DNA of 64,000 nt, taken from Thermoproteota archaeon (GTDB lineage Archaea > Thermoproteota > Thermoprotei_A > EX4484-217-1 > JAPDJV01). The position numbers and the translations under genes are program-made. The notes under the pieces were generated by a model, which was not told the origin of the DNA, did not search any database, and saw only the letters and a list, made by a program, of their open reading frames with translations. The stretch lies in contig JAPDJV010000009.1 of NCBI GenBank assembly GCA_029258925.1, forward strand, positions 3,256-67,255. Direction: 5' to 3'. Positions within the stretch are counted from its first letter, which is position 1. Every line of letters begins with the position of its first letter. Shown piece after piece: positions 43,365-54,056 of the stretch.

Positions 43365-45069
43365 TGCCATAAAGCATGATGGGAAAGCTATTCTAAAACC
43401 TGTTATCAGCAAAGTTATTGGTGAGAGACCAGACCTTAGGAGCTCGATTAAGGAAGTATATGAGCTCACCTCTAAGATTATAGAGTATGTAAACTCCCTC
43501 TCCCCTACGGAACAGAGGAGGAAGCTAGCAGAATACTCAATAACTGTTGAAGAATTGGAGAAAAGAGAGGTTGAAGTAAAAGAGCTTCCTCCTCTTCCCA
43601 ATGCAGAAAAGTATAAAGTAGTGAGAACAAGATTTGCTCCAAACCCAGATTTCGTTCTAACTCTTGGAAATGCTAGGCCCGCTGTACTGAGCTACGAGTA
43701 CGCTGTTAAGTATAATGGCAACTTTATTCTGAGATTCGAGGACACCGACCCCAAGACAAAGCCTCCTATTCTTGAAGCATATAATTTAATAAGAGAGGAC
43801 CTTAAGTGGCTTGGTATAAAATGGGATCTAGAGGTAATACAATCCAAAAGAATGGAGATATACTATGAGTACGCCGAGAAATTAATAGAGCTTAGAGGGG
43901 CATACGTTTGTACATGTAGTAGAAAGGAATTCAAAGCTTTAAGGGACTCTATGAAACCTTGTCCTCACAGAGAGCACACTGTCAGTGAAAACAAGGCACT
44001 CTGGAACCGTATGTTGATGGGTGACTTCAACGAGGGGGAAGCCGTACTTAGAGTGAAGACTGATCTAAATCATCCCGATCCATCTATTAGAGATTGGGTA
44101 GCTTTTAGAATAATCGATACCGAGAGACATCCCCATCCGCTCACGGGATCAAAGTATGTTGTTTGGCCAACATATAATTTTGCATGTGGAATTGATGACC
44201 ACTTACTTGAAATAACTCACATACTCAGAGCTAAAGAGCACGTTCAGAACACTGTTAAGCAAACATACTTGTACAAGCATTTTAGCTGGAACTATCCAAC
44301 TGCAATACACTTCGGGAGACTAAAGTTTTCAGACTTCATCTTAAGTAAATCTAAAATTAGAAGATTCCTAGAGGAAAATCCCCAAGAATTTGAGGGCTAT
44401 GACGATGTTAGATTTGGAACGCTGAGAGCTTTAAGGAGGAGGGGGATTCAGCCTGAAGCTATTAGGCAGATAATGATAGAGGTTGGAATAAAGCCTAGTG
44501 AAGCAACGATCAGTATGAAGAACATTGCAGCTGCGAACAGGAAGCTTCTGGATCCAATAGCCCCTAGATTAATGTTCGTTGAGAGTCCCGTAAAGGTACT
44601 TGTTAAAAACTTGGATTCTATAAGAGCGAATATACCTCTACATCCGTCAAATACTAGTTTAGGGTCGAGGAGTTATGTTTTGGAAAAGATAAATGGAACA
44701 CTAGAACTATACATATCATTTAATGATGTCCCCTTATTTAAGGAGAACAAACTAGTTAGACTTATGGGACTAATGAACGTTGCTCCGATTAGGGCATCTG
44801 AAGATGTTGTAGTGGTGGAGTTCAAGGGGGTGGATGTGCATGAAGCGAGGAAAGCGGGAGCTCCAATAATCCAATGGTGTCCCCCCGGCTCTCTTAAAGC
44901 TATTATTAAAAAACCTGAAGGCCTTGTTCTTAGAGAGATAAATGGGATCATAGAGCCCTACGTGGAAAAAATTGGAGTGGATAGTGTTGTTCAGCTAATA
45001 AGATTTGGCTTTGCTAGGATAGAAAAATACGATAACGGGGCAGTTATCATATACTATGGTCACGATTAA
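43306..45069 (+). CDS. gltX: Glutamyl-tRNA synthetase
   Basis: RFAPNP, LRFEDTDP, WPTYNF, LSKS, QLIRFGF. Confidence 0.96.
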   Translation: MMYVLSKDVERIILKHALINAIKHDGKAILKPVISKVIGERPDLRSSIKEVYELTSKIIEYVNSLSPTEQRRKLAEYSITVEELEKREVEVKELPPLPNAEKYKVVRTRFAPNPDFVLTLGNARPAVLSYEYAVKYNGNFILRFEDTDPKTKPPILEAYNLIREDLKWLGIKWDLEVIQSKRMEIYYEYAEKLIELRGAYVCTCSRKEFKALRDSMKPCPHREHTVSENKALWNRMLMGDFNEGEAVLRVKTDLNHPDPSIRDWVAFRIIDTERHPHPLTGSKYVVWPTYNFACGIDDHLLEITHILRAKEHVQNTVKQTYLYKHFSWNYPTAIHFGRLKFSDFILSKSKIRRFLEENPQEFEGYDDVRFGTLRALRRRGIQPEAIRQIMIEVGIKPSEATISMKNIAAANRKLLDPIAPRLMFVESPVKVLVKNLDSIRANIPLHPSNTSLGSRSYVLEKINGTLELYISFNDVPLFKENKLVRLMGLMNVAPIRASEDVVVVEFKGVDVHEARKAGAPIIQWCPPGSLKAIIKKPEGLVLREINGIIEPYVEKIGVDSVVQLIRFGFARIEKYDNGAVIIYYGHD

Positions 45070-45315
45070 AGTCAAGCTCCTCTCTAAAGGCCTTAATTAA
45101 ACATTACTCTAATGAGGGTGATGATCGCTTCGGTATTTTAAATCTTAAATCTAAACATTTTGATTCGAATAATGCAATTAGGATCTTTAGAAAAGCATTA
45201 AGGTATCCGTCATAACCAACATGAACATTAGCCAATATATCTTTCACTAACAATAATTACATTCCTGTCCGTCATCTCTAACTTTAAATACTTCTCCTAA
45301 TATATCAAGAAATCG

Positions 45316-45344
45316 CATGACGATGAAATGTTTGAGGATGAGTG
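45316..45344 (+). promoter_or_regulatory. Double K-turn/K-loop in the rpl7ae 5' leader (probable autoregulatory L7Ae site)
   Basis: CAU-GA-C-GAU-GA-AAUGUUU-GA-G-GAU-GA-GUG overlapping the RBS; TATA (TTTAAATA) at about 45283. Confidence 0.7.
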
Positions 45345-45347
45345 GAG

Positions 45348-45731
45348 ATGTCAAAACCATTTTACGTGAGATTTGAAGTTCCCCCTGAACTGGCTGAAAG
45401 AGCATACGAAGCGTTGAAGAAAGCTAGGGAATCTGGTGGAAAAGTTAAGAAGGGTACTAATGAGACAACGAAAGCTGTTGAAAGAGGGCTAGCAAAACTA
45501 GTGTTGATAGCTGAGGATGTCGATCCCCCTGAAGTAGTTGCACATTTACCGCTACTATGTGAAGAGAAGAAGATACCCTATGTGTACGTACCTAGTAAGA
45601 AGAAGCTAGGTGAAGCAGCTGGAATAGAGGTCGCTGCAGCTAGTGCATGTATTATTGAAGCAGGAGAGGCAAAAGAGTTAATTAGAGAGATTATTGCAGC
45701 AATAAGCGAGCTGAAAACTAAGGGGGCTTAA
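45348..45731 (+). CDS. rpl7ae: 50S ribosomal protein L7Ae
   Basis: [27 protein letters not shown]. Confidence 0.97.
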   Translation: MSKPFYVRFEVPPELAERAYEALKKARESGGKVKKGTNETTKAVERGLAKLVLIAEDVDPPEVVAHLPLLCEEKKIPYVYVPSKKKLGEAAGIEVAAASACIIEAGEAKELIREIIAAISELKTKGA

Positions 45732-45807
45732 ACTAGTAATCTAAAATATCTAGTTTTTTACCTTAATTTTATGTGTAAAAAGCTTTTAATAAGAAGACAA
45801 GCTACTC

Positions 45808-46038
45808 TTACCGTCTCCTTGTTAATTTCCTCGCTTCCCTCTCTGTCTCTCTCAATATTAGGATATCCCCTATCCTCACAGGCCCCTTCACGTTTCTTGT
45901 AAGGACCCTGCCTCTATCCTTCCCCTCCAATATTCTGACACGTACTTGTATAACCTCTCCGTTTACACCCGTTCTACCTATTATCTGTATTACCTCTGCT
46001 GGGAATCCTAATTCCTCAACTATAGACGACGAACTCAT
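45808..46038 (-). CDS. rps28e: 30S ribosomal protein eS28
   Basis: [23 protein letters not shown]. Confidence 0.96.
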   Translation of the reverse strand: MSSSSIVEELGFPAEVIQIIGRTGVNGEVIQVRVRILEGKDRGRVLTRNVKGPVRIGDILILRETEREARKLTRRR

Positions 46039-46159
46039 ATTTTACCCCACAAGTTCTACGTGGAAACTTATTTATTAGGTTTCTCCTTTCTACGCATAAA
46101 GCTTATAATACTGCTTGCTTTTGAGGTAGAAGGGGACTAAGGGAGAAGGATGATAGAAT

Positions 46160-46339
46160 ATGCCGGTCATTAGGAAATGTAGTTTTTGTGGAGAGAGAAT
46201 AGAGCCGGGTACTGGTATGATGTATGTTAAGAACGATGGAACAATTTTATGGTTCTGCTCGAGTAAATGTAAGAAAAACATGTTAAAGCTGCGCAGAAAT
46301 CCTAAGAAAATGAAGTGGACGGCAAAGTATTCCCCTTGA
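46160..46339 (+). CDS. rpl24e: 50S ribosomal protein eL24 (59 aa, below the ORF-track cutoff)
   Basis: Manual translation [37 protein letters not shown]...RNPKKMKWT. Confidence 0.96.
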   Translation: MPVIRKCSFCGERIEPGTGMMYVKNDGTILWFCSSKCKKNMLKLRRNPKKMKWTAKYSP

Positions 46340-46370
46340 ACTATATAAGTTCTATAGGGGAGTTGTCAAG

Positions 46371-46793
46371 ATGGTTGTCCAGAGGACTTTAGTCATAATT
46401 AAACCAGATGGAGTATCGAGAGGCCTTATAGGTGAAATTATTAGTAGAATAGAGAGGAAGGGTTTAAGGATAGTAGCATTGAAGATGATGAAGCTGTCCG
46501 TGAAGGATGCCGAGGAGATATATGCTGTCCATAGAGGAAAATTCTTCTTTAAAGAACTCATAGAATTCATGACCTCTGGGCCGATAGTAGCGATGATTGT
46601 TGAAGGTGATGAAGCGGTGAAGGTTATGAGAATAATGGTTGGGTCAACTGACGGTAGAGTAGCGAGTCCAGGGACGATAAGGGGAGATTATGCCCTATCT
46701 CCCTCACAAAACGTTGTACATGCATCGGATTCCCTAGAGGCTGCGGAGAGGGAGATAGGTGTTTTATTTAGGGAAGACGAAATATGTAGTTAG
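46371..46793 (+). CDS. ndk: Nucleoside diphosphate kinase
   Basis: [20 protein letters not shown]. Confidence 0.97.
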   Translation: MVVQRTLVIIKPDGVSRGLIGEIISRIERKGLRIVALKMMKLSVKDAEEIYAVHRGKFFFKELIEFMTSGPIVAMIVEGDEAVKVMRIMVGSTDGRVASPGTIRGDYALSPSQNVVHASDSLEAAEREIGVLFREDEICS

Positions 46794-46814
46794 AGTTACG
46801 TCTTTTGAAGACAA

Positions 46815-49800
46815 TCATTTTACAAAAGGTGCAAATAAGGGGTCGATTTTTCTCTTCAACTTTACTATCTCCTTAAGTACGAGTAGTTCGTCGTCACTTA
46901 GTTCTGATCGAAACTTTGTTAACAAAGTACTTATATCTCTTTCAGACATATCTGTGTACATTAAATCTCCTTCTTCAATATGCCTGCCAACAATGGCCTT
47001 CCCCTTTATCGATATAGCTACTTGCATGCCAGTTCTTGCTTCAGGAATGGGTTTTCCTCGATCCTGTATTTGGAGTATCTCTCCTATTCTCCTACAGTCC
47101 TTTCTCATTACTGGATAGCCGGGTTTGATGACTCCCCCAAGGACTTCGACTCCAACTACTATTGGGGCACTCCTCCTGAAGACATATCCCGGAAGTATGC
47201 GTATTTTGCCCGGTCTTATTAGTGTAGCAAGCTGCCGCCTTTTCTCCTCCTCTTTCATTTTTACAAGCCAGTCCTCATATTCCTCTATTAGTCGATATAT
47301 AACATTGTTCATGAATATTTTGACCCCTTCTTTTGCAGCTTCCTCCTCTACGCCTGGCAGTATCTTCACGTTAAACGCTAATATGACCCCGTAATACTTG
47401 TTTGTCCTAGCAGTTATGGATGCTTCTATTATGTCCCGCTTTGTTATAGGGCCTACGTCGGCTAACCTAACGGGGATCCCTCTCCTCTTCAACGCATTAA
47501 CTATGGCCTCGAGTGTTCCAAGAGCATCTGCTTTTACTATGACTCCGCTGATTTCCTTCTTTATTCTAACCTCCTGGAGCTCCTCCTCAACCTTCTTTTT
47601 GTATTTCTCTATCTCCGAGGTTTCCCAAACCACGTATAGTGGGGAACCTGCTATGGTATCATCTAAGTTTGGTGCTGCTATCTTCACCCCCACTGCTGCC
47701 GATACTTCTTCCATACGCATAAACTTGTCTTCTGGCGATCTTATCTCTTGCAGAGGCTTTGGCATTAATAGGGCTCTTATTTTCGTGACTATTGGACCCC
47801 TCATACCCCCTACTACGATTAAGTCGTTTTTCCTTATTATCCCATCATATAGTATTATGTCCACTGTCGCTCCTAATCCAGGCTCCTCTTTCACTTCAAG
47901 AACTACTCCTTTACCAGGGCCTTCAGCATAGATCAGTCTTTTAGCCATGTACTGCTGTGTTAGACCTGCTAGAACAGCTAGGAGTTCAGGAATTCCTTCT
48001 CCAGTTACTGCTGAAACCGGAACTATTGCTATATTCCTCGTGAAGTCCCTGATTCTATCAAATCTGTCAGCCTTGAATCCTAGTTTGAACATCTCTCCTA
48101 TGATTTCATAGATTTTGTCGTCTAGTATTCTGATGGTGTTTGGATCTTGCTTACGTATTGATAGTAGGAATGGTTTCCCAGGCTGTGGCTTCCATCCATG
48201 TATTCTATCAATTTTATTGGCTGCTATCAGGAATGGGACTTTCCTCTGCCTCAATATTTCAATACTTTCATATGTCTGCTCTTGAAACCCCGATATTATG
48301 TCTACTACGAGTATGGCAATATCTGCTACGCTTCCACCCCTCATCCTAAGATTAGAGAAGAGTTCGTGGCCGGGGGTGTCAATGAATAGTAAACCGGGTA
48401 TTCTAAGGCTTATGGGAATGATTTTTTTGAGCGGTTTACATATGTTCTCTATAATTTTTGTAGGTATGAGGCTTGCACCCACGTGTTGTGTCATTGATCC
48501 GGGCTCCCTTCTTGCAACAGCAGTACCTCTAATCTTATCTAGGAGAGTAGTGTTGTGGACTATTATGCCATTAGCAATAAAGTTCTGTGTTGCTGGAACA
48601 GTTAAGTCATATAATGCTCCATTAAACTTAACTTTCTTAAGACCCTTAACTCTAATAAATGCGATATCGTCTAGTTGCGGCATCTCTCTCAAACAGTCCT
48701 TCAATAATATTGTAGAAGACTCCATGTTGCCTTCTCTCACACTAATCCCTTTGAAGCTACTAGACACTAGTTCATTTAATAGACGTCTTTTACTTGGACA
48801 CTTAAAGCCTATGTATTTCGTATAATTCTTAAGACTCTCGTAATCCTCTATGATGATGTTTCCTCCACCATTCTCTTCAAAAAACGTTGAAATAATACCG
48901 TATCTAAGGAGAAGCCATTTTATCTGTTTTAGGAAAATCTTAGAATGATGCGAGATCATTATTCTCCTACATTTTAAATCTACTTCTCCTCTTACATCAA
49001 AAAATCCTTTCAGAAATTCCGAGGAAATGTTGATTGGAGCTATTTGGACTATCTCCGGAATCTCTTCATATTTTATCTTCGGGTAGTTAAAGAATTCTTT
49101 TAGAATTAATCTAATACACCTAAAATACACACTACTAGAGTTATTTATACTTGGATCTATTATTGTAGCAATATTCTTCTCATATTCAGAGTGAGGGCAA
49201 TCCAAAATATCCACTTTGTCTATGGTCTCATTGAGGCCGGCCATTACTCCAGCTATGTAAAATGCTTCTTGCCACAGCTCTTTACTTTCAAGATGCTCGA
49301 AAATATTCTCCGTGATATTTCCAGCTGAATTATCATTGTGATACGCTTCAACTTTATCGGCTACGTATTTTTCGAAGTACCAGTCTTTAGCATTCGATTC
49401 TACTGCTTCACAATCGGTCTCGAAGGAACTTGTTTCGAATCCATGTTTATCGAGAACCTCCTTCAAGAATTCACTAAACTCCTTTCTGTAGGGTACTTTC
49501 TTAGGTACAGCTATATAATCATTAGTTGAAATAGCACGTGCCTTCTTCCACCCCTCAATAGTTAGAAATGGATGGTCAGGGGTAACCCTCACAGTACTCC
49601 CATTACTTAATTCAACTTCGAGCAGCTCTCCATCATATTTAATCCTCCATACTTGAGACGCACCTCTAGCTACTATTTTACCTCCATCAAGAGTGTAGAC
49701 TTCTATGTTTCCATTAACGTACTCGTACTCGCCATCTTTTACTATGTTCCCATTTTTGTCAAATAATTCAGAAATGGGGACAAATCTCCCATTATTTAGG

Positions 49801-49910
49801 AATACTATTTCATCTGGGTGTAGGCATTTACCGTGATCTACGTGACCTAAAACCACTACAATTGGCTGCCTAAGCTTTTTTTCCGCCGAATCCACTTTGT
49901 TCACCTTCAC
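46815..49910 (-). CDS. infB: Translation initiation factor IF-2/aIF5B containing an intein
   Basis: GHVDHGK|...|TTLLD, DTPGHE, NKID. Confidence 0.97.
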   Translation of the reverse strand: MKVNKVDSAEKKLRQPIVVVLGHVDHGKCLHPDEIVFLNNGRFVPISELFDKNGNIVKDGEYEYVNGNIEVYTLDGGKIVARGASQVWRIKYDGELLEVELSNGSTVRVTPDHPFLTIEGWKKARAISTNDYIAVPKKVPYRKEFSEFLKEVLDKHGFETSSFETDCEAVESNAKDWYFEKYVADKVEAYHNDNSAGNITENIFEHLESKELWQEAFYIAGVMAGLNETIDKVDILDCPHSEYEKNIATIIDPSINNSSSVYFRCIRLILKEFFNYPKIKYEEIPEIVQIAPINISSEFLKGFFDVRGEVDLKCRRIMISHHSKIFLKQIKWLLLRYGIISTFFEENGGGNIIIEDYESLKNYTKYIGFKCPSKRRLLNELVSSSFKGISVREGNMESSTILLKDCLREMPQLDDIAFIRVKGLKKVKFNGALYDLTVPATQNFIANGIIVHNTTLLDKIRGTAVARREPGSMTQHVGASLIPTKIIENICKPLKKIIPISLRIPGLLFIDTPGHELFSNLRMRGGSVADIAILVVDIISGFQEQTYESIEILRQRKVPFLIAANKIDRIHGWKPQPGKPFLLSIRKQDPNTIRILDDKIYEIIGEMFKLGFKADRFDRIRDFTRNIAIVPVSAVTGEGIPELLAVLAGLTQQYMAKRLIYAEGPGKGVVLEVKEEPGLGATVDIILYDGIIRKNDLIVVGGMRGPIVTKIRALLMPKPLQEIRSPEDKFMRMEEVSAAVGVKIAAPNLDDTIAGSPLYVVWETSEIEKYKKKVEEELQEVRIKKEISGVIVKADALGTLEAIVNALKRRGIPVRLADVGPITKRDIIEASITARTNKYYGVILAFNVKILPGVEEEAAKEGVKIFMNNVIYRLIEEYEDWLVKMKEEEKRRQLATLIRPGKIRILPGYVFRRSAPIVVGVEVLGGVIKPGYPVMRKDCRRIGEILQIQDRGKPIPEARTGMQVAISIKGKAIVGRHIEEGDLMYTDMSERDISTLLTKFRSELSDDELLVLKEIVKLKRKIDPLFAPFVK
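48552..49826 (-). mobile_element. 425-aa intein in the aIF5B P-loop with degenerate LAGLIDADG domain
   Basis: Begins CLHPDE, block B VTPDHPF, ends YDLTV..NFIANGIIVHN followed by Thr; FLKGFFDVRG remnant. Confidence 0.95.
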
Positions 49911-50051
49911 CTACAGTGATGTAGTCCACGCTTATATTAACTTTAATCCCTGCTTAGTGCAACATGTAAGTCAAGATAATCCTCATATAGTAGTATAGCT
50001 AAAAAGCTTTGAAAGGGAGAACTAGTAGATTGAAACACGGCACGTTGGAGG

Positions 50052-50450
50052 TTGACGCAGATGCCTGAATTCAAAATAGTGGTTTCAGATCCCACTACTG
50101 GGAAGGCTAAGCAAATCGCAGTGTCGGGGGAGAAAGCGCGTGTACTCATCGGCATGAAGATAGGTGACATCATTGACGGGGAATTGATTGGAATACCCAA
50201 AAAGAAGCTTCAGATAACTGGTGGTAGTGATAGTAGCGGTTTTCCTATGCGACCAGACATACCTGGTGGTAGAAAAATGAGGATTCTTTTAAGTGGAAGA
50301 CCAGGATATAGACCAAGGGAAAAAGGTATTAGGAAGAGGAAGACTGTGAGAGGAAACATTATAACTGAAGACATTATTCAAATAAATATGAAGATATTAA
50401 CAGAGGAGGAGCTGAAGAAGATAGAGAGTAAATCGAAGGGCAAAGAGTAA
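50052..50450 (+). CDS. rps6e: 30S ribosomal protein eS6
   Basis: FKIVVSDP, ITGGSD.SGFPM, RKTVRG. Confidence 0.96.
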   Translation: MTQMPEFKIVVSDPTTGKAKQIAVSGEKARVLIGMKIGDIIDGELIGIPKKKLQITGGSDSSGFPMRPDIPGGRKMRILLSGRPGYRPREKGIRKRKTVRGNIITEDIIQINMKILTEEELKKIESKSKGKE

Positions 50451-50487
50451 ATAAGATTTAATTTGAGCTTAGAATATTTTATGGTGT

Positions 50488-51732
50488 ATGAAGATGCCTT
50501 GGACAATTAAGCAACCCGAGGTAAATATTGGTGTAGTGGGCCACGTAGATCATGGGAAGACTACGCTTGTCCAAGCATTAACTGGTAAGTGGACAGCTAC
50601 ACATAGTGAAGAACTTAAGAGGGGCATGACTATTAAACTTGGATATGCTGACGGAAATATAGCTATATGCCATAATCACGATCCTCCTGAAGCCTATAGA
50701 ACTGAACCCATCTGCCCTCTATGTGGAGAGGAAACAAAGCTTTTGAGGAGAGTTTCATATGTTGATGCGCCGGGTCATGAAATATTGATGGCGACGATGC
50801 TTTCGGGAGCAGCTATCATGGATGGGGCAATATTAGTGATAGCAGCAAACGAACCGTGTCCCCAGCCCCAGACTAGAGAGCATTTTGCTGCCTTAGATAT
50901 TATAGGAGTCAGGAACATCATAGTTGTTCAAAATAAGGTTGAGGTTGTAGACAGAGAGGGAGCTTTAGAAAATTATAGGCAAATAAAGAATTTTCTAGCT
51001 GGAACTTGGGCTGAGAACGCCCCAATAATCCCCGTGAGCGCACTACATAAGGCAAATGTGGACGTAGTACTCCACGCAATAGAAGAGTACATTCCAACTC
51101 CTCAGAGAGATCTATCTAAGGATCCCCTAATGTTCATAGCGAGAAGCTTCGATGTAAACAGGCCTGGTACGCCTCCCGAAAAACTCGTGGGAGGCGTCAT
51201 TGGGGGAAGTATTTTGCAGGGGGCGTTGAGAGTTGGTGACGAAATTGAAATTCTCCCTGGAATTAGGGTGCAGTTACCGGGAGGGGGCTATAAGTACATT
51301 CCCCTGCATACCGAAGTAGTTAGTTTAAGATTCGGCGACTTGCTCGTGGAGGAGGCAAAGCCTGGTGGGCTTGTAGCTATTGGAACGAAACTTGACCCCT
51401 CTCTTACTAAATCTGATAATTTAGTTGGAAACATTGTTGGAAGACCCGGCAGATTACCAGACGTCATATACGATGTTGAAATAGAATACAATCTATTGGA
51501 GAGAATAGTTGGAACAAAAGAGCTCATAAAGGCTTCTCCTCTAAGGAAAGGTGAGCCTTTGATGCTAACAGTAGGTACAATGATAACGCTCGGCATAGTT
51601 GCAGAGGTTACTAAGGATGTTGTAAGGTTGAAATTAAGAAGGCCTATCGTGGCATTAAGAGATTTTAGAGTAGCCATTAGTAGACAGATCATGGGAAGAT
51701 GGAGACTTGCAGGATGGGGGATAATAAAGTAA
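50488..51732 (+). CDS. eif2g: Translation initiation factor 2 gamma subunit
   Basis: QPEVNIG..GHVDHGKT, DAPGHE, PQPQTREH, RWRLAG. Confidence 0.97.
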   Translation: MKMPWTIKQPEVNIGVVGHVDHGKTTLVQALTGKWTATHSEELKRGMTIKLGYADGNIAICHNHDPPEAYRTEPICPLCGEETKLLRRVSYVDAPGHEILMATMLSGAAIMDGAILVIAANEPCPQPQTREHFAALDIIGVRNIIVVQNKVEVVDREGALENYRQIKNFLAGTWAENAPIIPVSALHKANVDVVLHAIEEYIPTPQRDLSKDPLMFIARSFDVNRPGTPPEKLVGGVIGGSILQGALRVGDEIEILPGIRVQLPGGGYKYIPLHTEVVSLRFGDLLVEEAKPGGLVAIGTKLDPSLTKSDNLVGNIVGRPGRLPDVIYDVEIEYNLLERIVGTKELIKASPLRKGEPLMLTVGTMITLGIVAEVTKDVVRLKLRRPIVALRDFRVAISRQIMGRWRLAGWGIIK

Positions 51733-51748
51733 ATTCGCGTTGATGTAA

Positions 51749-52174
51749 ATGTTTTTTATAGGGAACTATGTTCCAGTATTTTTAGACACAAGCATAATAA
51801 TCCATGCAGCTCTATCTGGAATAGATCTTATCGAGGAAATAGCTACAGTCATTCAAAGAAAATGCATTTTTGTCCTATTAACTAACGTTCTTGAAGAGCT
51901 ACACAGTATATTATCTAGATGCTATATTTACAGGCGCAGAGTGATTGAGAAATTCTTAAAATACACAATGCTAAGATCTGCAATAATATGCATTAGATCC
52001 TATCCTAGCGAGACTACTGATGACATAGTTTTAAGGGCTGCTATCACGCTAAAGGGGTATTTAGCCTCAGACGATAAAGAGCTGCGTAGAAGAGCTAAGA
52101 TACTAGGAGTGCCAATAATATTCTTTTCAAGCAAGTATAGGAGGGTTATGGTTATAGGAGGATATGAGATTTAG
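51749..52174 (+). CDS. PIN-domain protein (Fcf1/Utp24-like)
   Basis: FLDTS, EEL, TDD, ASDDKELR; conserved slot between eif2g and rpoE. Confidence 0.8.
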   Translation: MFFIGNYVPVFLDTSIIIHAALSGIDLIEEIATVIQRKCIFVLLTNVLEELHSILSRCYIYRRRVIEKFLKYTMLRSAIICIRSYPSETTDDIVLRAAITLKGYLASDDKELRRRAKILGVPIIFFSSKYRRVMVIGGYEI

Positions 52175-52358
52175 GAAATCCCATGATTGATGAAGAACAG
52201 AGGATGAATTACAACATAGAGGCTTTAGCCAGCCTCAAGATATAAATTCTAGAATCCTCCTAAAGTTTTATATTAAGGATTGCAATGTTTTGCTTGGTGC
52301 ATATTAACTTGAACCTAGAAGATGTAGCGTCAGATAAATACCTAGGTGAATAGAGAGT

Positions 52359-52937
52359 ATGTACAAGTTGTATACTATAAGAGATATTGTTAGGATTCCT
52401 CCCGAATACTTTGAAATGCCTTTAAGCGAGGCTGCAGTTAAAGTGTTGAGGAGTAAGTATGAGGGAGTTGTAGATAGGGAGATCGGTTTTATCCTTGCAA
52501 TATATGACGTAAACATCAGCGAAGAGGGAAAAATCATTCCAGGTGATGGAGCTACTTATCATATTTGTGTTTTCAAAGCACTGACCTTCATGCCAATAAT
52601 AAAGGAGGTAGTTGAGGGAGAGGTCGTTGAGATAACTGATTTCGGCGCGTTCATAAATTTAGGTCCTGTTGATGGCCTAGTTCACAAGTCTCAGATAATT
52701 GACGATAAAGTCTTCTACGATAGCAGGAGAGGCGCTCTAATAGGCCAAGAGACCAAGAGGGTTTTAGAGAAAGGAGATACTGTAAGAGCTAGAATAGTCA
52801 CGGTAGGCGTGTCTGCTTCCAATAGGATTATGAGAATTGGCTTAACTATGAGGCAACCGTTCCTAGGCAAAATAGAATGGATTAAAGAGGATCTTGAGAA
52901 ATTAAAGGAGAAAAAGGTGAAGACAGGTGAGGTATAG
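52359..52937 (+). CDS. rpoE1: RNA polymerase subunit E' (Rpo7)
   Basis: VRIPP, GDGA, GP.DGL.H.SQ, TMRQP.LGK. Confidence 0.96.
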   Translation: MYKLYTIRDIVRIPPEYFEMPLSEAAVKVLRSKYEGVVDREIGFILAIYDVNISEEGKIIPGDGATYHICVFKALTFMPIIKEVVEGEVVEITDFGAFINLGPVDGLVHKSQIIDDKVFYDSRRGALIGQETKRVLEKGDTVRARIVTVGVSASNRIMRIGLTMRQPFLGKIEWIKEDLEKLKEKKVKTGEV

Positions 52938-53139
52938 GAGGAGGAGACTACCTTTTAAGGCATGTAAGAAGTGTAAGATGCTTGTTGACTACGATGTAGA
53001 AAGGTGCCCACGTTGCTCATCAACTAGTTTCTCTGACGACTGGGAGGGTATGGTGATAGTAGTGCGTCCGCAGTCCTCTTCGGCGGCAGAGATCATAGAG
53101 GTGAAGGATTCCGGGAGATTCGCAATAAAGGTTAGATAG
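52927..53139 (+). CDS. spt4: Spt4 (RpoE'')
   Basis: KACKKC, CPRC, W.G, FAIKVR. Confidence 0.93.
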   Translation: MRYRRRRLPFKACKKCKMLVDYDVERCPRCSSTSFSDDWEGMVIVVRPQSSSAAEIIEVKDSGRFAIKVR

Positions 53140-53361
53140 GATTGAGATTTTAGTTTTGTTGACGTAGAGAAGATTTATTACGATTTTCCATATTTCTATA
53201 TTTGAATGTTCATGTGGACATGGAAGGCCAGTTAGTGGTAATCACCTCTGCTACAGGATGAGAATATCTGTGGATACACTTCAATGTTCAGGACAAGCAT
53301 TGAGTGAAAGTGGTTGAAATGAAATGTTTAAAGTCATTGCTCTAATAACACGTTAAGTGTA

Positions 53362-53922
53362 GTGAGGAATTTGTGTTTTAAACTGCCTGAAGACTTAAGG
53401 CCGCTTTTATCCAAGCCATTAGGCGTATTAATAGAGGGCCCCCCTGAATACACTATGAGTAATTTAAGGAGAATAATTAGTGAACTTAATCCACCTAAAA
53501 TAATTACAGTAGGTGACATGGTGACATTTAATGCAGTACACAGCGGGATTGATGTGGGCCTGGGTATTATTGACAGAAAGAATTTGAGGAAGAAAATAGC
53601 GTTACCACATGAAATACTTAAAGCATTTAGTCACGTTTTCGTAGCTAGCAATCCACCTGGCATGATAACTTGTGAGGCAATTAGGTACATTAGAGAAGCC
53701 ATTAGAATAGATGATCCCACTCTAATAGTTATTGACGGCGAGGAAGACCTGTTAGTGATTCCATCAATATTAGAATCCTCCACCAATTCGATAATAGTTT
53801 ACGGTCAACCCTATAGGGGGATAGTTCTGATAACAATTACTGAGGAGATAAGAGAAAACTACAAGCAGATTATGAGAAAATTTATTGTGATTCCTTGCAG
53901 AAATCCTATTAAAATATTTTAA
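53362..53922 (+). CDS. GTP-dependent dephospho-CoA kinase (DUF359)
   Basis: VGDMVT, NPPG.IT, DGEEDL, YGQP. Confidence 0.9.
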   Translation: MRNLCFKLPEDLRPLLSKPLGVLIEGPPEYTMSNLRRIISELNPPKIITVGDMVTFNAVHSGIDVGLGIIDRKNLRKKIALPHEILKAFSHVFVASNPPGMITCEAIRYIREAIRIDDPTLIVIDGEEDLLVIPSILESSTNSIIVYGQPYRGIVLITITEEIRENYKQIMRKFIVIPCRNPIKIF

Positions 53923-54056
53923 AGGCTCATAGTTTTCCAGAAAAATTAATCGATGCGACAATATTGTAGTAATCATTATTGTTAAATATTCTTAATAATT
54001 ATCTAGAGTAGCTTGAGGAGTGAAGTATTGAATAAACTTATAAAGAAGAACATGAA

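Noticed and set aside
43630-43680. GltX HIGH motif reads TLGN
   Set aside because: Single-residue variant of a tolerant motif in an otherwise intact enzyme.
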